A DNA stretch of 64,000 nt from Chthoniobacteraceae bacterium (GCA_040081625.1 JBEBGD010000003.1:32001-96000); one strand, 5' to 3'. Shown: positions 38,264 to 49,121, numbered from the stretch's first letter. The notes: generated by a model not told the origin, from the letters alone. Numbers and translations are program-made.

Positions 38264-40252
38264 ATGACCCTCGATACCACCGCACTCTCCCGCGCCGCCA
38301 ATGAATCCCGCGGCCTCGCCATGGACGCCGTCCACACCTGCTCGTCCGGACACCTCGGCCTGCCGCTCGGCTGCGCGGAAGTCGGCGCGGTGCTCTTCGG
38401 CCACGCGCTGCGCTACAACCCGCAGGATCCCGGGTGGATCAACCGCGACCGCTTCGTGCTCAGCGCCGGGCACGGCTCGATGTTTCTTTATAGCTGGCTG
38501 CATCTCGCCGGTTACGCGCTCGTCACGCTCGACGAGGTGAAGAAGTTCCGCGCGCTCGGTTCGCACACGCCGGGGCATCCGGAGCAGTTTGAAACCGAGG
38601 GCGTCGAGGCGACGACCGGGCCGCTCGGGCAGGGCGTGAGCAACGCGGTCGGCCTGGCCGTTTCGCAGAAGATGGCCGCGGCGCGATTCAACACCGAATA
38701 CTACAAGATCCTCGACAACCACGTCGTCTGCCTCGCGGGCGACGGCTGTCTGCAGGAAGGCGTCGCGATGGAGGCGGTGAGTTTTGCCGCGCATTACCAG
38801 CTCGATAACCTCATCCTTTTTTACGATTCGAACGACGTGACGCTCGACGCGATGGCGGACAAGTCGCAGAGCGAGGATGCCGCGGCGAAGTTCACGGCGA
38901 TCGGGTGGGAAGTTCAGACCGTCGATGGGCACGACCTCGTCGCGCTCCTCGAGGCTTACGAGAAGGCGAAGGCGAACATCGGCAAGCCGCAGTTCATCAT
39001 CGCGCGCACGCTCATCGGCAAAGGCATCCCCGAGGTCGCCGGCACGAGCAAGGCGCACGGCGAAGGCGGCGCGAAGTTTGTCGATGCCGCGCGCAAGGCG
39101 CTCGGGCTGCCCGCGGAGCATTTCCACGTTTCGCCGGAGACGCGCGCCTACTTCGAGTCGCACCGGCAGAAGCTCGTCGATAGCTACGAGGAATGGCAGG
39201 ACCTTTTCCACGTCTGGCAGGCGGCCCATCCGAAGCGCGACAAGGAGCTGACCGACGCGCTCGAGAACAATCTGCCCGCCGATCTTTCCAGCCTCATCCC
39301 CGCCTTCCCCACCGACGCGAAGCTCGCGACGCGCAAGGCCGGCAGCGACGTGCTCCAGCCGCTCGCGCAGGCCATCCCGAGCCTCATCGGCGGCAGCGCG
39401 GACCTCTACGGCTCGACGCTCAATTACATCAACTGCGACAAGGATTTTAACCCGGAGAATCGCGGCGGTCGCAACATCCGCTTCGGTATCCGCGAGCACG
39501 CGATGGCCGGCATCGCAAACGGGCTCGCCTACGACGGCATCTTCCGCCCGAGCGTCGCGACCTTCCTCGTGTTCGCCGATTACTCGCGCCCGTCGATGCG
39601 CCTCGCCGCGCTCTCGCGGCTGCCGGTGATTTATATCTACACGCACGACTCGGTCGGCGTCGGTGAAGACGGCCCGACGCATCAGCCGGTCGAGACGGTC
39701 GCCGGGCTGCGCGTCATCCCGAACTTCGACGTGATCCGTCCCGCCGATCCTGAGGAAACCGCGGGCGCCTTCATCGCCGCGCTGCAAAAGCTCACGGGCC
39801 CGACGCTCCTCGCGCTCACGCGCCAGGCCGTGCCGATGCTCAACGACATCCCCGTGAAGACGCGCCGCGAAGGCGTGATCAAGGGCGGCTACATCGCCAT
39901 CAAGGAAACCGGCCCGCTCAAGATGATCCTCATGGGTTGCGGCAGCGAGCTTCAACACGCCGTCGCCGCCGCGAAGACGCTCGGCGAAGGCGTCCGCGTC
40001 GTCAGCCTGCCGTGCATGGAGCGCTTCGACGCGCAGCCGCAAGCTTACCGCGACGAAGTGCTTCCGCCGTCGTGCCGCAAGCGCGTCGCGATCGAGGCGG
40101 GCGTCAGTTCGCCGTGGCACAAATACACCGGCCTCGACGGCAAGATCGTCGCCATCGATCGCTTCGGCATCAGCGCGCCCGGCGGCACCGTCATGGAGAA
40201 GCTCGGCATCACCGCGAAGGCGGTCGTCGATGCCGCGAACTCGCTCGGCTGA
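38264..40252 (+). CDS. tkt: Transketolase
   Basis: [44 protein letters not shown] and [16 protein letters not shown]. Start trimmed to ATG 38264. Confidence 0.97.
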   Translation: MTLDTTALSRAANESRGLAMDAVHTCSSGHLGLPLGCAEVGAVLFGHALRYNPQDPGWINRDRFVLSAGHGSMFLYSWLHLAGYALVTLDEVKKFRALGSHTPGHPEQFETEGVEATTGPLGQGVSNAVGLAVSQKMAAARFNTEYYKILDNHVVCLAGDGCLQEGVAMEAVSFAAHYQLDNLILFYDSNDVTLDAMADKSQSEDAAAKFTAIGWEVQTVDGHDLVALLEAYEKAKANIGKPQFIIARTLIGKGIPEVAGTSKAHGEGGAKFVDAARKALGLPAEHFHVSPETRAYFESHRQKLVDSYEEWQDLFHVWQAAHPKRDKELTDALENNLPADLSSLIPAFPTDAKLATRKAGSDVLQPLAQAIPSLIGGSADLYGSTLNYINCDKDFNPENRGGRNIRFGIREHAMAGIANGLAYDGIFRPSVATFLVFADYSRPSMRLAALSRLPVIYIYTHDSVGVGEDGPTHQPVETVAGLRVIPNFDVIRPADPEETAGAFIAALQKLTGPTLLALTRQAVPMLNDIPVKTRREGVIKGGYIAIKETGPLKMILMGCGSELQHAVAAAKTLGEGVRVVSLPCMERFDAQPQAYRDEVLPPSCRKRVAIEAGVSSPWHKYTGLDGKIVAIDRFGISAPGGTVMEKLGITAKAVVDAANSLG

Positions 40253-40297
40253 ACCGGACGATTTGTCAGCGCCTCAATTTCGGCTTAGCTGCGTGCG

Positions 40298-41053
40298 ATG
40301 AGAACGATCGCCCTGCTCCTCGCCTGCTCGCTCGCCGCGTTCGCGGAAGAGGAAAACCTGATCAAGAACGCGAGTTTTGAGGAGCCGGCCGTGCAGGCGC
40401 GCACCGTCGAGCGCGATGGCGGCAATCCTGCGCGCGTCGCCGATGGCGCGACCTCGTGGACGCAGTTTCAGTCCTTCGTGCGCCCGCAGGACAAACCCGG
40501 TGGCGAGCTCGTCGTCGGGATGACCAATCAGTTCGCGCGCACCGGCAAGCAGTCGATCTTCGTCGATTTTCAAAACCTCGGCGCGCAACGCCGCTCATTC
40601 CTGATCACCGACCTGCTGCCGGTGAAAGCCGGTCACCGCTATTTCATCGCGCTCTGGGGTCGCACCGATTCGAAGCGCCCGCTCACGCTCGACCAGCGCC
40701 GGCCGCTGCTGAAAATCGATGTCGAATACTTCATGAGCGACCCGGAAGAGCAGTGCGAGCAGACCGACCATCGCAACGAGCGAATCCCCGGCAGCCTCGA
40801 TCGCCTGCTTTTTGTCTCCACGAAATGGACGGAGTATTTCACTTCTGTGCGTCCGCCGCAGGACGCGGCGTTCATGAAGGTCACGTTTCGATGGGAGACG
40901 GACCGGGAGGCCGGCACGACCGACGGAGCGATATACTTCGACGACGCGTCGATCACCGCGGTGCCCGGTGGCGGGAGTCTCGCGCCGCTCGATCCCGTGC
41001 CGGCCAATCCGCCGGCGCCCGGCGAGGCCGCGCCGCCGAAGGAAAACCGCTAG
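40298..41053 (+). CDS. Secreted hypothetical protein with a possible carbohydrate-binding (CBM4/9-like) jelly roll
   Basis: Signal peptide, NLIKNASFE start, GAIYFDDASI end and a Pro-rich tail. Confidence 0.6.
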   Translation: MRTIALLLACSLAAFAEEENLIKNASFEEPAVQARTVERDGGNPARVADGATSWTQFQSFVRPQDKPGGELVVGMTNQFARTGKQSIFVDFQNLGAQRRSFLITDLLPVKAGHRYFIALWGRTDSKRPLTLDQRRPLLKIDVEYFMSDPEEQCEQTDHRNERIPGSLDRLLFVSTKWTEYFTSVRPPQDAAFMKVTFRWETDREAGTTDGAIYFDDASITAVPGGGSLAPLDPVPANPPAPGEAAPPKENR

Positions 41054-41074
41054 GGGTTCCCCTCGGAACAAAAC

Positions 41075-41151
41075 TGGTCGGGCCGGCGAGATTCGAACTC
41101 GCGACCTCTTGAACCCCATTCAAGCGTTCTACCAAGCTGAACTACGGCCCG
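41075..41151 (-). tRNA. tRNA-Pro (anticodon GGG)
   Basis: CGGGCCGTAGTTCAGCTTGGTAGAACGCTTGAATGGGGTTCAAGAGGTCGCGAGTTCGAATCTCGCCGGCCCGACCA: 77 nt cloverleaf with TTCGAA T-loop and encoded CCA. Confidence 0.97.
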
Positions 41152-41252
41152 ACGTAAGAGGGCGCGGAACCTAGCCGGGTCGGGCGGAGGGCAAAGCAGA
41201 ATTTTCCGAGGATTTGATTTTCACTCGGCGGCGCGCTTCGCATCATCGCGGG

Positions 41253-42290
41253 ATGAACATCGAAAAAGTCGCCGTCATCGGCGCCAGCGGTTACTCGGGG
41301 GAGGAACTCGTGCGGCTGCTCACGCGGCACCCGCAGGTCGAACTCGTCGCGCTCACCTCGCGGCAGGTCGCCGGGCAGCCGCTCGCGAAGGTGTATCCGC
41401 GCTTCGCCGGGACGCGTTACGCGGCGCTGAAGTTCGTGGAATCGACGGTCGATGCGATCCAGGCGAGCGGCGCGCGTTTCGTCTTCCTCGCGCTGCCGCA
41501 CGGCGTGGCGACGGAGTATGCGAAGCCGCTCGTGGCGGCGGGGTTGCGCGTGCTCGACTTGAGCGCGGACTTCCGCATCAAGGACGCGGAGATCTACGAG
41601 GAGTTCTACGGCGAGAAGCAGCACGCGCCGGAGCTGGCGGCGATGAGCGTGTATGGGCTGCCGGAGATTTATCGCGCGAAGATTCGCGACGCGCAGCTCG
41701 TCGCGTGTCCGGGCTGCTACCCGACAAGCGTGCTCATCCCGCTTGTGCCGCTGCTTCAGCGCGGGCTGGTGAAGCCGCACACGATCGTGGTGAACAGCCT
41801 CAGCGGCGTGAGCGGCGCGGGGCGCAATGCGAAGACCGATTATCTTTTTGTCGAGTGCAACGAGAGCGTGCGTGCCTACGGCGTGCCGAAACACCGGCAC
41901 CTCGCGGAGATCGAGCAGGAGCTTTCGCTCGCGGTGAAGGAGAAGGTGACGATCAGCTTCACGCCGCATCTCATCCCTGTGAACCGCGGCATTCACACGA
42001 CGATCCATTGCGCGCCGGGCGAGGGGATCGACGCAGGGCATATCGCGAACGCCTACCGCGAGACTTATGGAGCGGAGCCATTCGTGCGGTTGATCGAGGG
42101 CGACGCGCTGCCGGACACGAAGAATGTGGTGTTCACCAATTTCGTCGATGTCGCGTGGCGGCACGATCCGCGCACGGGGCGGCTCGTGCTGCTGAGCGCG
42201 GAGGACAATCTCGTGAAGGGCGCCGCGGGGCAGGCCGTGCAATGCCTCAACGCGATGGGCGGATGGCCGGAGACGACGGGACTTTTATAG
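41253..42290 (+). CDS. argC: N-acetyl-gamma-glutamyl-phosphate reductase
   Basis: GASGYSG, ALPHG, DLSADFR, PGCYPT, SGVSGAGR and DNLVKGAAGQA. Confidence 0.97.
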   Translation: MNIEKVAVIGASGYSGEELVRLLTRHPQVELVALTSRQVAGQPLAKVYPRFAGTRYAALKFVESTVDAIQASGARFVFLALPHGVATEYAKPLVAAGLRVLDLSADFRIKDAEIYEEFYGEKQHAPELAAMSVYGLPEIYRAKIRDAQLVACPGCYPTSVLIPLVPLLQRGLVKPHTIVVNSLSGVSGAGRNAKTDYLFVECNESVRAYGVPKHRHLAEIEQELSLAVKEKVTISFTPHLIPVNRGIHTTIHCAPGEGIDAGHIANAYRETYGAEPFVRLIEGDALPDTKNVVFTNFVDVAWRHDPRTGRLVLLSAEDNLVKGAAGQAVQCLNAMGGWPETTGLL

Positions 42291-42368
42291 GCGCGAACTT
42301 TTCCGCGAAAGACGCTCGTCGCCGGGCACGGAACGCGTTCAGATTTCGCCCCCAATTTTGCACCAACC

Positions 42369-43577
42369 ATGTCCTACACCGAAATTCCTGGCGGCGTGAC
42401 CGCCGCGCGCGGCTTCCTCGCCGGCAGCGTCTATTGTGGCATCAAGGCCAGCAACGCTGACCGCCCCGACATCGCGCTCATCCATTGCACCGAGCCGTGC
42501 GCCGCGGCGGGGACGTTCACGACCAATCGCGTGAAGGCCGCGCCGGTGCGCGTCTCGATGATGCATGTGCGCTCGCCCGACGTGCGCGCGATCGTCGCCA
42601 ACGCGGGCAATGCGAACGCTTGCACCGGGATCAAGGGGATCGAGAGCGCCAGAAAAATGGCGGCTGCGACCGCGGATGCGCTCGGGCTCAAGGAGCGGCA
42701 GGTGCTCGTGTGCTCGACGGGGCGCATCGGCGTGCAGATGCCGATCGACAAGATCAAGCCGGCGATCGCCGCGCTGCCGGCGGCTTGCTCGGAAACGGGC
42801 AGCCATGCCGCGGCGTGCGCGATCATGACGAGCGACACGCACCCGAAGGAAATGGCGGTCGAGGTGGAACTCGACGGCACGACGGCGCGCATCGGCGGGA
42901 TCGCGAAAGGCGCGGGGATGATCGATCCGAACATGGCGACGATGCTCTGCTTCATCACGACCGATGCGGCGATCGACAAGAAGCTGCTTCAGCGCGCGCT
43001 GAGTGTGTCGGTCGAGCAGAGCTTCAACCGCATCACCATCGATGGCGACATGAGCACGAATGACACTGTGTTGATGCTCGCCAACGGCGCCGCGGGCAAC
43101 AAACCGCTGCGCTACGGCACGCCGGCGTTCAAGATTTTCCAGCGCGGCCTCGATCACATCACCAAGCACCTCGCGCGGATGATCGTCGAGGACGGCGAGG
43201 GGGTAACGCGGTTCGTGGAGGTCCACGTGCGTGGTGGTGCAACTTACAGCGACGCGCGGCGCGCGGCGGAGGCGGTGGCGAACTCGAACCTCGTGAAGTG
43301 CGCGTGGTTCGGCGGCGACCCGAACTGGGGCCGCATCATGGACGCCGTCGGCTACAGCGGGGCGAAGATGCGGGAGGAACTCGTGGACATTTACTATGAC
43401 GGCGTGATCGGCGTGAAAGGCGGGCTCGCGAGCAAGACGCCTTTTGCGAAGCTCCAGGAGATCGTCAGCGAGCGTCGCTTTTCGATCTCGATCGACCTGC
43501 ACATGGGTTCCGCAGATTACAGCGTGTTCACGACGGACCTGAGCGTCGATTACGTAAAGCTGAACATGGGGGAGTAG
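42369..43577 (+). CDS. argJ: Ornithine acetyltransferase
   Basis: FTTN, NAGNANACTG, KGAGMIDPNMATML (autocleavage Thr), DGDMSTND and DPNWGRI. Confidence 0.97.
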   Translation: MSYTEIPGGVTAARGFLAGSVYCGIKASNADRPDIALIHCTEPCAAAGTFTTNRVKAAPVRVSMMHVRSPDVRAIVANAGNANACTGIKGIESARKMAAATADALGLKERQVLVCSTGRIGVQMPIDKIKPAIAALPAACSETGSHAAACAIMTSDTHPKEMAVEVELDGTTARIGGIAKGAGMIDPNMATMLCFITTDAAIDKKLLQRALSVSVEQSFNRITIDGDMSTNDTVLMLANGAAGNKPLRYGTPAFKIFQRGLDHITKHLARMIVEDGEGVTRFVEVHVRGGATYSDARRAAEAVANSNLVKCAWFGGDPNWGRIMDAVGYSGAKMREELVDIYYDGVIGVKGGLASKTPFAKLQEIVSERRFSISIDLHMGSADYSVFTTDLSVDYVKLNMGE

Positions 43578-43602
43578 CCTGCCTGGCTCAGCCGTCTTTC
43601 AA

Positions 43603-44475
43603 ATGCCCCGCACACCCATCGATCGCGCCGAAGTCCTCATCGAGGCGCTCCCGTTCATCCAGAAATTCCGAGGCCATCTTTTCGTCATCAAATACGGCGG
43701 GGCGGCGATGGAGGACGAGGGGATCGTCGAGCGGTTTTTGCGCGATGTCGTCTTCCTCGAGGCAGTCGGGATCAATCCCGTGCTCATCCACGGCGGCGGC
43801 AAGGCGATCACGGCGCGGATGCGCGAGGCGGGGCTCAAGGCGCGCTTCGTCAATGGACTGCGCGTGACCGATGAGCAGTCGATCCGCATCGTCGAGGAGG
43901 TGCTCGACGGCGCGATCAACCCCGGGATCGCGCGCAGCATCAACGAGTTTGGCGGGCGCGCGGTGGGCATCCACGGCAAGACGGTGCTCGTCGGCCGGAA
44001 GTTGCCGCTGCAGGCCGAGGGAGGCGAGTCGGTCGATCTCGGCTTCGTTGGCGAAGTCATCGACGTGGATCTCGCGCCGATCCGCGACGCGGTTGCAAAG
44101 GAGACGGTGCCGGTGATCTCGCCGCTCGCGCGCGATGCCGAGGGGCGCGTGTTGAACATCAACGCCGACGTGGCCGCGGGCACGCTCGCGGGGCGGTTGC
44201 AGGCGGAGAAGTTCATCTACCTCTCCGACGTGCCCGGCATCATGCGCGACCCGGCGCATCGCGATTCGCTGATCCCGACGGTGAGCCGGGCCGAGGTTGG
44301 GCACTTGCGCGCGGAGGGCATCATCACCGGCGGCATGATCCCGAAAGTGGAGAGCGCGGTGCAGGCGCTGGCGGCTGGAGTGAAGAAAGTTCACTTCATC
44401 GATGGGCGCACTCCGCACGCGCTGTTGCTGGAGATTTTCACGAACGCGGGGATCGGCACGGAGATCGTGCCGTGA
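43603..44475 (+). CDS. argB: Acetylglutamate kinase
   Basis: IKYGG, HGGG, GLRVTD, NINAD, GGMIPKV and GIGTEI. Confidence 0.96.
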   Translation: MPRTPIDRAEVLIEALPFIQKFRGHLFVIKYGGAAMEDEGIVERFLRDVVFLEAVGINPVLIHGGGKAITARMREAGLKARFVNGLRVTDEQSIRIVEEVLDGAINPGIARSINEFGGRAVGIHGKTVLVGRKLPLQAEGGESVDLGFVGEVIDVDLAPIRDAVAKETVPVISPLARDAEGRVLNINADVAAGTLAGRLQAEKFIYLSDVPGIMRDPAHRDSLIPTVSRAEVGHLRAEGIITGGMIPKVESAVQALAAGVKKVHFIDGRTPHALLLEIFTNAGIGTEIVP

Positions 44476-44532
44476 TTTGACTTTGCGTGCGCGGGGCTCG
44501 TGCGCTTTTCTGGCCGCCCTTCGTCTTCCGAA

Positions 44533-45837
44533 ATGAAAGTCGCTGATCTGCGCGGGATTTTACAATACGTGCCCCGGTTCCGGGACCGCATCTTCGTGGT
44601 CGCGGTGGACGGCGAGATCGCCGCGTCGCCGAACTTCGCGAACATCCTGCTCGATCTCGCGGTGCTGCGTTCGCTGAACATCAAGGTCGTGCTGATCCAC
44701 GGCGCGGGCCACCAGATCGAGCAACTCGCGGCGGAGCGCGGGGCGGCGATCACCAGCGCGGACGGCACCGGCATCATCGACGACGCGACGCTCAAGCTCA
44801 GCCTCGAGGCGGCGACCAATGTGATGAACGAGATCATGCAGGGGCTCACCTCGGTGGACCTGCGCGCGGCTTACGCGAACGTGATCATCTCGCACCCGGC
44901 GGGCATTCTCGGCGGCGTGGATTTCCAGCATCTCGGCCGGGTCGAGCGCATCGACACGCAGGCGCTCGAGCTTTTTCTCAACCAGGGGATCATCCCGCTC
45001 ATCCCTCCGATCGGCTTCGACGGGGAGGGCCGCACCTTTCGCGTGAACAGCGACGCGGTGGCCGTCGAGGTGGCCGAGGCGCTGCGCGCGATGAAGGTCA
45101 TTTTCCTCACCGGCGGCGACGGGCTCGTCGTGGGCGGCGAGATCGTGCGGCAGCTTTCGATGGCTGAGGCCGAGGACTTCGCGAAAAAGAAGCGCGCCCT
45201 GGTTGCGCCGAGATTGCTCTCGAAGCTCGAACACGCCGCGCGCGCATGCCGGCAGGGGATTCCGCGCGTGCATCTGCTCAATGGCAACGTCAACGAGGCG
45301 CTGCTGGCCGAGGTGTTCAGCCCGGACGGCATCGGCACGATGATTTACTCGAACGAGTATCAGCAGATCCGGCGCATGTTTAAAAAGGATGTGCGCGCGG
45401 TGATGACGCTGATCCGCGAGAGCATCGCGAATGAAGAACTCGCGAGCCGCACGCGCACGGACATCCTCGCGCAGCTCGAGGATTACTGGGTGCTCGAGAT
45501 CGATCGAAACATCGTCGCGTGCGCAGCGATCCACCTTTATCCCGCGCAGAAAAAAGCCGAGCTCGCGTGCCTTTACGTCGCCAAGGCGGCGGAGGGGCAG
45601 GGCTATGGGCGCAAGCTGATGGCCTTCACCGAGCAGCTCGCGGCGGAGAAGGGGATGCGGCACATCTTCGCGCTGAGCACGCAGGCGTTTAATTACTTCC
45701 AGCAAAAGGGCGGCTACGCGGAGGTCACGCCCGAAGAGCTGCCGCCCGAGCGGCGCAAGAAATACGACGCGAGCGGCCGCAACTCGAAGGTGCTGCAAAA
45801 GGCGACCGTGCTGGCGGTGAGCGCGCCGGGAACGTAG
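44533..45837 (+). CDS. argA: Amino-acid N-acetyltransferase (AAK plus GNAT)
   Basis: N-terminal AAK-like domain, ELACLYV...GQGYG GNAT motif and SGRNSKVL end. Confidence 0.9.
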   Translation: MKVADLRGILQYVPRFRDRIFVVAVDGEIAASPNFANILLDLAVLRSLNIKVVLIHGAGHQIEQLAAERGAAITSADGTGIIDDATLKLSLEAATNVMNEIMQGLTSVDLRAAYANVIISHPAGILGGVDFQHLGRVERIDTQALELFLNQGIIPLIPPIGFDGEGRTFRVNSDAVAVEVAEALRAMKVIFLTGGDGLVVGGEIVRQLSMAEAEDFAKKKRALVAPRLLSKLEHAARACRQGIPRVHLLNGNVNEALLAEVFSPDGIGTMIYSNEYQQIRRMFKKDVRAVMTLIRESIANEELASRTRTDILAQLEDYWVLEIDRNIVACAAIHLYPAQKKAELACLYVAKAAEGQGYGRKLMAFTEQLAAEKGMRHIFALSTQAFNYFQQKGGYAEVTPEELPPERRKKYDASGRNSKVLQKATVLAVSAPGT

Positions 45838-45958
45838 GTCCGGCGATCGGGAAAGGTGCCGGGAGTGTATGGGTGGAAGTTCCCTTGCGCATTGGCGCGG
45901 CACTCGCTGAATGACGACGCGACGATGGAGGATTTGTCTCCGTCGCCCCTCCCAAGTC

Positions 45959-46282
45959 ATGCCCGAACTTCTATCCTCCAGCTCCGAAATCGACGAAGCG
46001 TGCCCCGAGCTCGCCGAGTGGATGCGCGCGACCCTTGGCGTCGCGGGTTCGACGGGCGGCGAGATTGCCGCGGAGTTTTGCAAGTGGGCTCGCGAACGAT
46101 TTGCGCTCGACCTGCGCACGAATTGGAACCCGAGCGCCTGCGCGTTCGATGCGCGCTGGCAGGACGGTGGACGCACCGCCGAGGGGATCGAGCGTCCGTT
46201 TTCCGCCGAGACCGACGAGGAAGCGCGCCTGCGGGCGTGCGAGGGCCTGCTGCGGCTGATCAAAGCGCTGGCCGGGCCGTAG
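45959..46282 (+). CDS. Hypothetical protein (107 aa)
   Basis: Protein-like composition; fills the gap between argA and mgtE; no recognised motif. Confidence 0.5.
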   Translation: MPELLSSSSEIDEACPELAEWMRATLGVAGSTGGEIAAEFCKWARERFALDLRTNWNPSACAFDARWQDGGRTAEGIERPFSAETDEEARLRACEGLLRLIKALAGP

Positions 46283-46291
46283 CCGCGAGCG

Positions 46292-47527
46292 TTACCGGAG
46301 CATGATCGTCGCGAGGCCGAGGAAGGTGCCCATGCTCGCGACGTCGGTCGCAGTCGTCACGAAAATGCCCGACGCGGTGGCGGGATCGGCGCCGAGGCGC
46401 TTCATGGCGAGCGGGACGAGCGCGCCGGCCACGCCGCTGATGACGCAGCTTCCCATCATGGCCACGAGCGTGATCGCGCCGAGCATCCACGGGCTCGCAT
46501 CGCCGCTGGGCTTCCACATCGTGTAGCCGACCATGCCGAGGCCCGAGGTAAGGCCCACGAGCGTGCCATTGCACAGGCCCAGCCATGCTTCCTTGAGCAC
46601 GAGCGGCGTCACAGATCCGCGCAGTTCGCCGAGAGTGATGCCGCGCAGCATCACGGCGAGCGCCTGGCAGCCGGTGTTGCCGCTCTGGCCGGCGAGCACG
46701 GGCTGAAAGACGGCGAGCGCGACGAACCGCGCGACCGTGTCCTCGAAGTATCCTACCACGGCGGCCGCGCAGAACGCGGTGATGAGATTGAGCTGCAACC
46801 ACGGATGGCGGAACCGCAGGCTGCGCGACCAGTGTGTGTAGAGCCGCTCCTCTTTCTCGACACCGACCATCGAGCCCGCTTGCGAACTCAACTCGAACGC
46901 CTGCGCCTCGAAGAGCATCTGCCCGCGCACCACACCGATGAGGCGGTGCTCGGCATCGACGACGGGATAGACCGGGAAATGGCGCATGAGCGTGGCCTTC
47001 ATCGCCTCGACGAGATCCTGCTCGGCCCGCAGCACGAAGGGCTCGCGGATCATGATCTCGCTCAGCGGTTGGTCCGGCCGGCCGAGCAGCATCTCGCGCA
47101 TCGCGACGACGCCGCAAAGCCTCTCGGATTCTTCGGCGACAAAGACGTAGGTGATGAATGCGCGTGCTGTCAGCAGGTGCAGGCGCTGGACGGCTTGCGC
47201 GATGGTCGTCTGAGGCTCGAAGACCGCCAGAGCCGGTTCCATCAGCCGCCCGACGGTGTGATCGGCGAAGGTCTCGTTGTGCGTCCACTGGCGGCGATCC
47301 TCGGTCGAGGCCGTGGCGAGGAGCAATTCGCGGCGCTCGCGGGGCAGCGCGGCCAGCAGGTCCTGCCGCAAGGCGGGATTGAGCAGTGCGACGACTTCCT
47401 CGACGGATTGAATCGGAATGTCCGCGAGCAACGCCGCTGCTTCGGGCGCACTGCGAGTCATGACCTCGCCAAACAACTTGTGGACCTGCTCATCGCGCGA
47501 TGGATCGCGTGTGGGATCGGAATTCAT
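46292..47527 (-). CDS. mgtE: Magnesium transporter MgtE
   Basis: CBS pair, then R.PWL, P.LAGQSGNTGCQ and DPATASGIFVTTATDV. Confidence 0.92.
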   Translation of the reverse strand: MNSDPTRDPSRDEQVHKLFGEVMTRSAPEAAALLADIPIQSVEEVVALLNPALRQDLLAALPRERRELLLATASTEDRRQWTHNETFADHTVGRLMEPALAVFEPQTTIAQAVQRLHLLTARAFITYVFVAEESERLCGVVAMREMLLGRPDQPLSEIMIREPFVLRAEQDLVEAMKATLMRHFPVYPVVDAEHRLIGVVRGQMLFEAQAFELSSQAGSMVGVEKEERLYTHWSRSLRFRHPWLQLNLITAFCAAAVVGYFEDTVARFVALAVFQPVLAGQSGNTGCQALAVMLRGITLGELRGSVTPLVLKEAWLGLCNGTLVGLTSGLGMVGYTMWKPSGDASPWMLGAITLVAMMGSCVISGVAGALVPLAMKRLGADPATASGIFVTTATDVASMGTFLGLATIMLR

Positions 47528-47587
47528 GCCGTTGCTTCTATCCCTGGCAGCGCCGCCGCCAAGCTCGGAAGACGTGTCCCCGCCGCT

Positions 47588-47809
47588 TTATGGCGCGGTC
47601 TGCTCGATCTCGATCAAGTCCGCGATGCGCAGCGTCTCACCGCGCGCGGCGGGATGGGGCAGGTCCGGACCTGCGACGAACCGGCAGATGCGGCGAAGGT
47701 TTTCGCGCGACTCACCGGAGCGCAGCGCGATCGTGACGCGGGATCCGCAGCCAGGAAGTTCGGCAACGATTTCCACGTCGGCGAGGGCCGTGACTCTAAA
47801 CCGTTGCAT
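47588..47809 (-). CDS. Small hypothetical protein (73 aa)
   Basis: MQRFRVTALADVEIVAE...; plausible composition only. Confidence 0.35.
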   Translation of the reverse strand: MQRFRVTALADVEIVAELPGCGSRVTIALRSGESRENLRRICRFVAGPDLPHPAARGETLRIADLIEIEQTAP

Positions 47810-47999
47810 CGTGTGAGGTGGTTTCGCTGGCGCGTGTTTCCAGCGGGTGATCCGCCCCGAGCTCATCGCCGCACGGGCTGGCGGAGCGCTGTCGGGTGTC
47901 GCCGCCGACGAGCGAATCGCCGGCTTCCTTTAGCGCGGCGAGGCTCTCGCGCAGACTTTCGATGTCTGCGAGGAGCGATGTGCGGTTGTATGGATTCAT
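47796..47999 (-). CDS. Small hypothetical protein (67 aa)
   Basis: Amphipathic N-terminal helix SLLADIESLRESLAALKE; short overlap with the next ORF. Confidence 0.35.
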   Translation of the reverse strand: MNPYNRTSLLADIESLRESLAALKEAGDSLVGGDTRQRSASPCGDELGADHPLETRASETTSHDATV

Positions 48000-48141
48000 G
48001 CGGTCGTAATCCAGCAGTGGCCGCGCCTGTGGTCGTCAGGTTGTTCCGGCATTCGAGCGGTGGCGACTACTGAGAACCGGGCGCGATCCGTCCCGCGGTG
48101 CGCGCCGGTGGCATCGCTCTGCAATGCTGTGGCAGGGCCGA

Positions 48142-48798
48142 TCAGGCGGTGACGAAGTTGTTGCGGATCGCATACCGCACGAGCGCGGCGAAGCTCTCCA
48201 GCCGGAGCTTCTTCATGATGGATGCGCGATGGGTCTCCGCGGTCTTGACGCTTACGCCGAGGATGTCCGCGACTGCCTTGTTGCTCTTCCCCTCGGCGAG
48301 CAATTGCACGATCTCGCGTTCGCGAGGCGTGAGCCGGACGGCTTGCGTGTCGGTTGAGACGTTTTTCTCACCGTGGAGAAATTTTGCGAAAAGCACCTCG
48401 CCCACTTCACTCGTGAAGTAGGGCTTGTGCGCGGCCAGCGAGTGCAGCGCCGCCTCGATGTTCTCCTTGCTCTCGGTCTTCATGAGGAAACTGCGCGCGC
48501 CAGCCTCGAACATCTGGTGGATCAGCGCTTCCTCGGCGAAGCCGGTGAAGACGAGCACCTCGGTCTCGGGTGCCATCTTCTTGATCATGTGCGTGGCTTC
48601 GAGGCCGTTGAGTTCGGGCATCATCATGTCCATCACGACGATGGACGGGCGCAGTCGCCCGGCCATCTCGACGGCTTCGCGTCCTGTGCTGGCTTCGCCG
48701 CAGATTTCCCAGCCTTCCATGGCTTCGACCACGCTGCGGAGGCCGCGGCGGGTCATTTGAAAATCGTCTGCGAGTAATACGGTAGTTGGTGTGGTCAT
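48142..48798 (-). CDS. NarL/FixJ family response regulator (REC plus LuxR HTH)
   Basis: VLLADD, VVMDMMMPELNG and LTPREREIVQLLAEGKSNK...TAETHR. Confidence 0.95.
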   Translation of the reverse strand: MTTPTTVLLADDFQMTRRGLRSVVEAMEGWEICGEASTGREAVEMAGRLRPSIVVMDMMMPELNGLEATHMIKKMAPETEVLVFTGFAEEALIHQMFEAGARSFLMKTESKENIEAALHSLAAHKPYFTSEVGEVLFAKFLHGEKNVSTDTQAVRLTPREREIVQLLAEGKSNKAVADILGVSVKTAETHRASIMKKLRLESFAALVRYAIRNNFVTA

Positions 48799-49121
48799 GT
48801 TCGGTTGTTGGGTTGTTCCGTTCCTCTGGGATGGGCCTTCGTGAGCTTTTTAGCACCTCACGTGCCTTATAGTGGCTAGAAGCCCATCGCTTTGGGTGAG
48901 CGGGCGCATTGCGCGGCGATTCCCTCCCCGGTCACCGCACTTTCCCTGAGCGCATCTGCGGAGTCTTCCCCGACCGATTCTTCGGAGTCCCGGAGGGCCA
49001 AGTTACGGGGTCGCGCGGTGGCACGGGGGCTCAGGGGTGGCTCTACGACGGGCATCGCAATTCCGCCGGTGCCCATGGTCGGCGGAGAGCATCAAACCAA
49101 CACCAACAACAACACACGACA

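Noticed and set aside
41075..41151. tRNA-Pro as an island integration site
   Set aside because: I found no integrase and no duplicated tRNA 3' end in the window, and the flanks are mostly housekeeping genes.
45838..45958. Possible cobalamin riboswitch after argA
   Set aside because: It lacks the B12-box and core conserved motifs, and the downstream gene gives no support.
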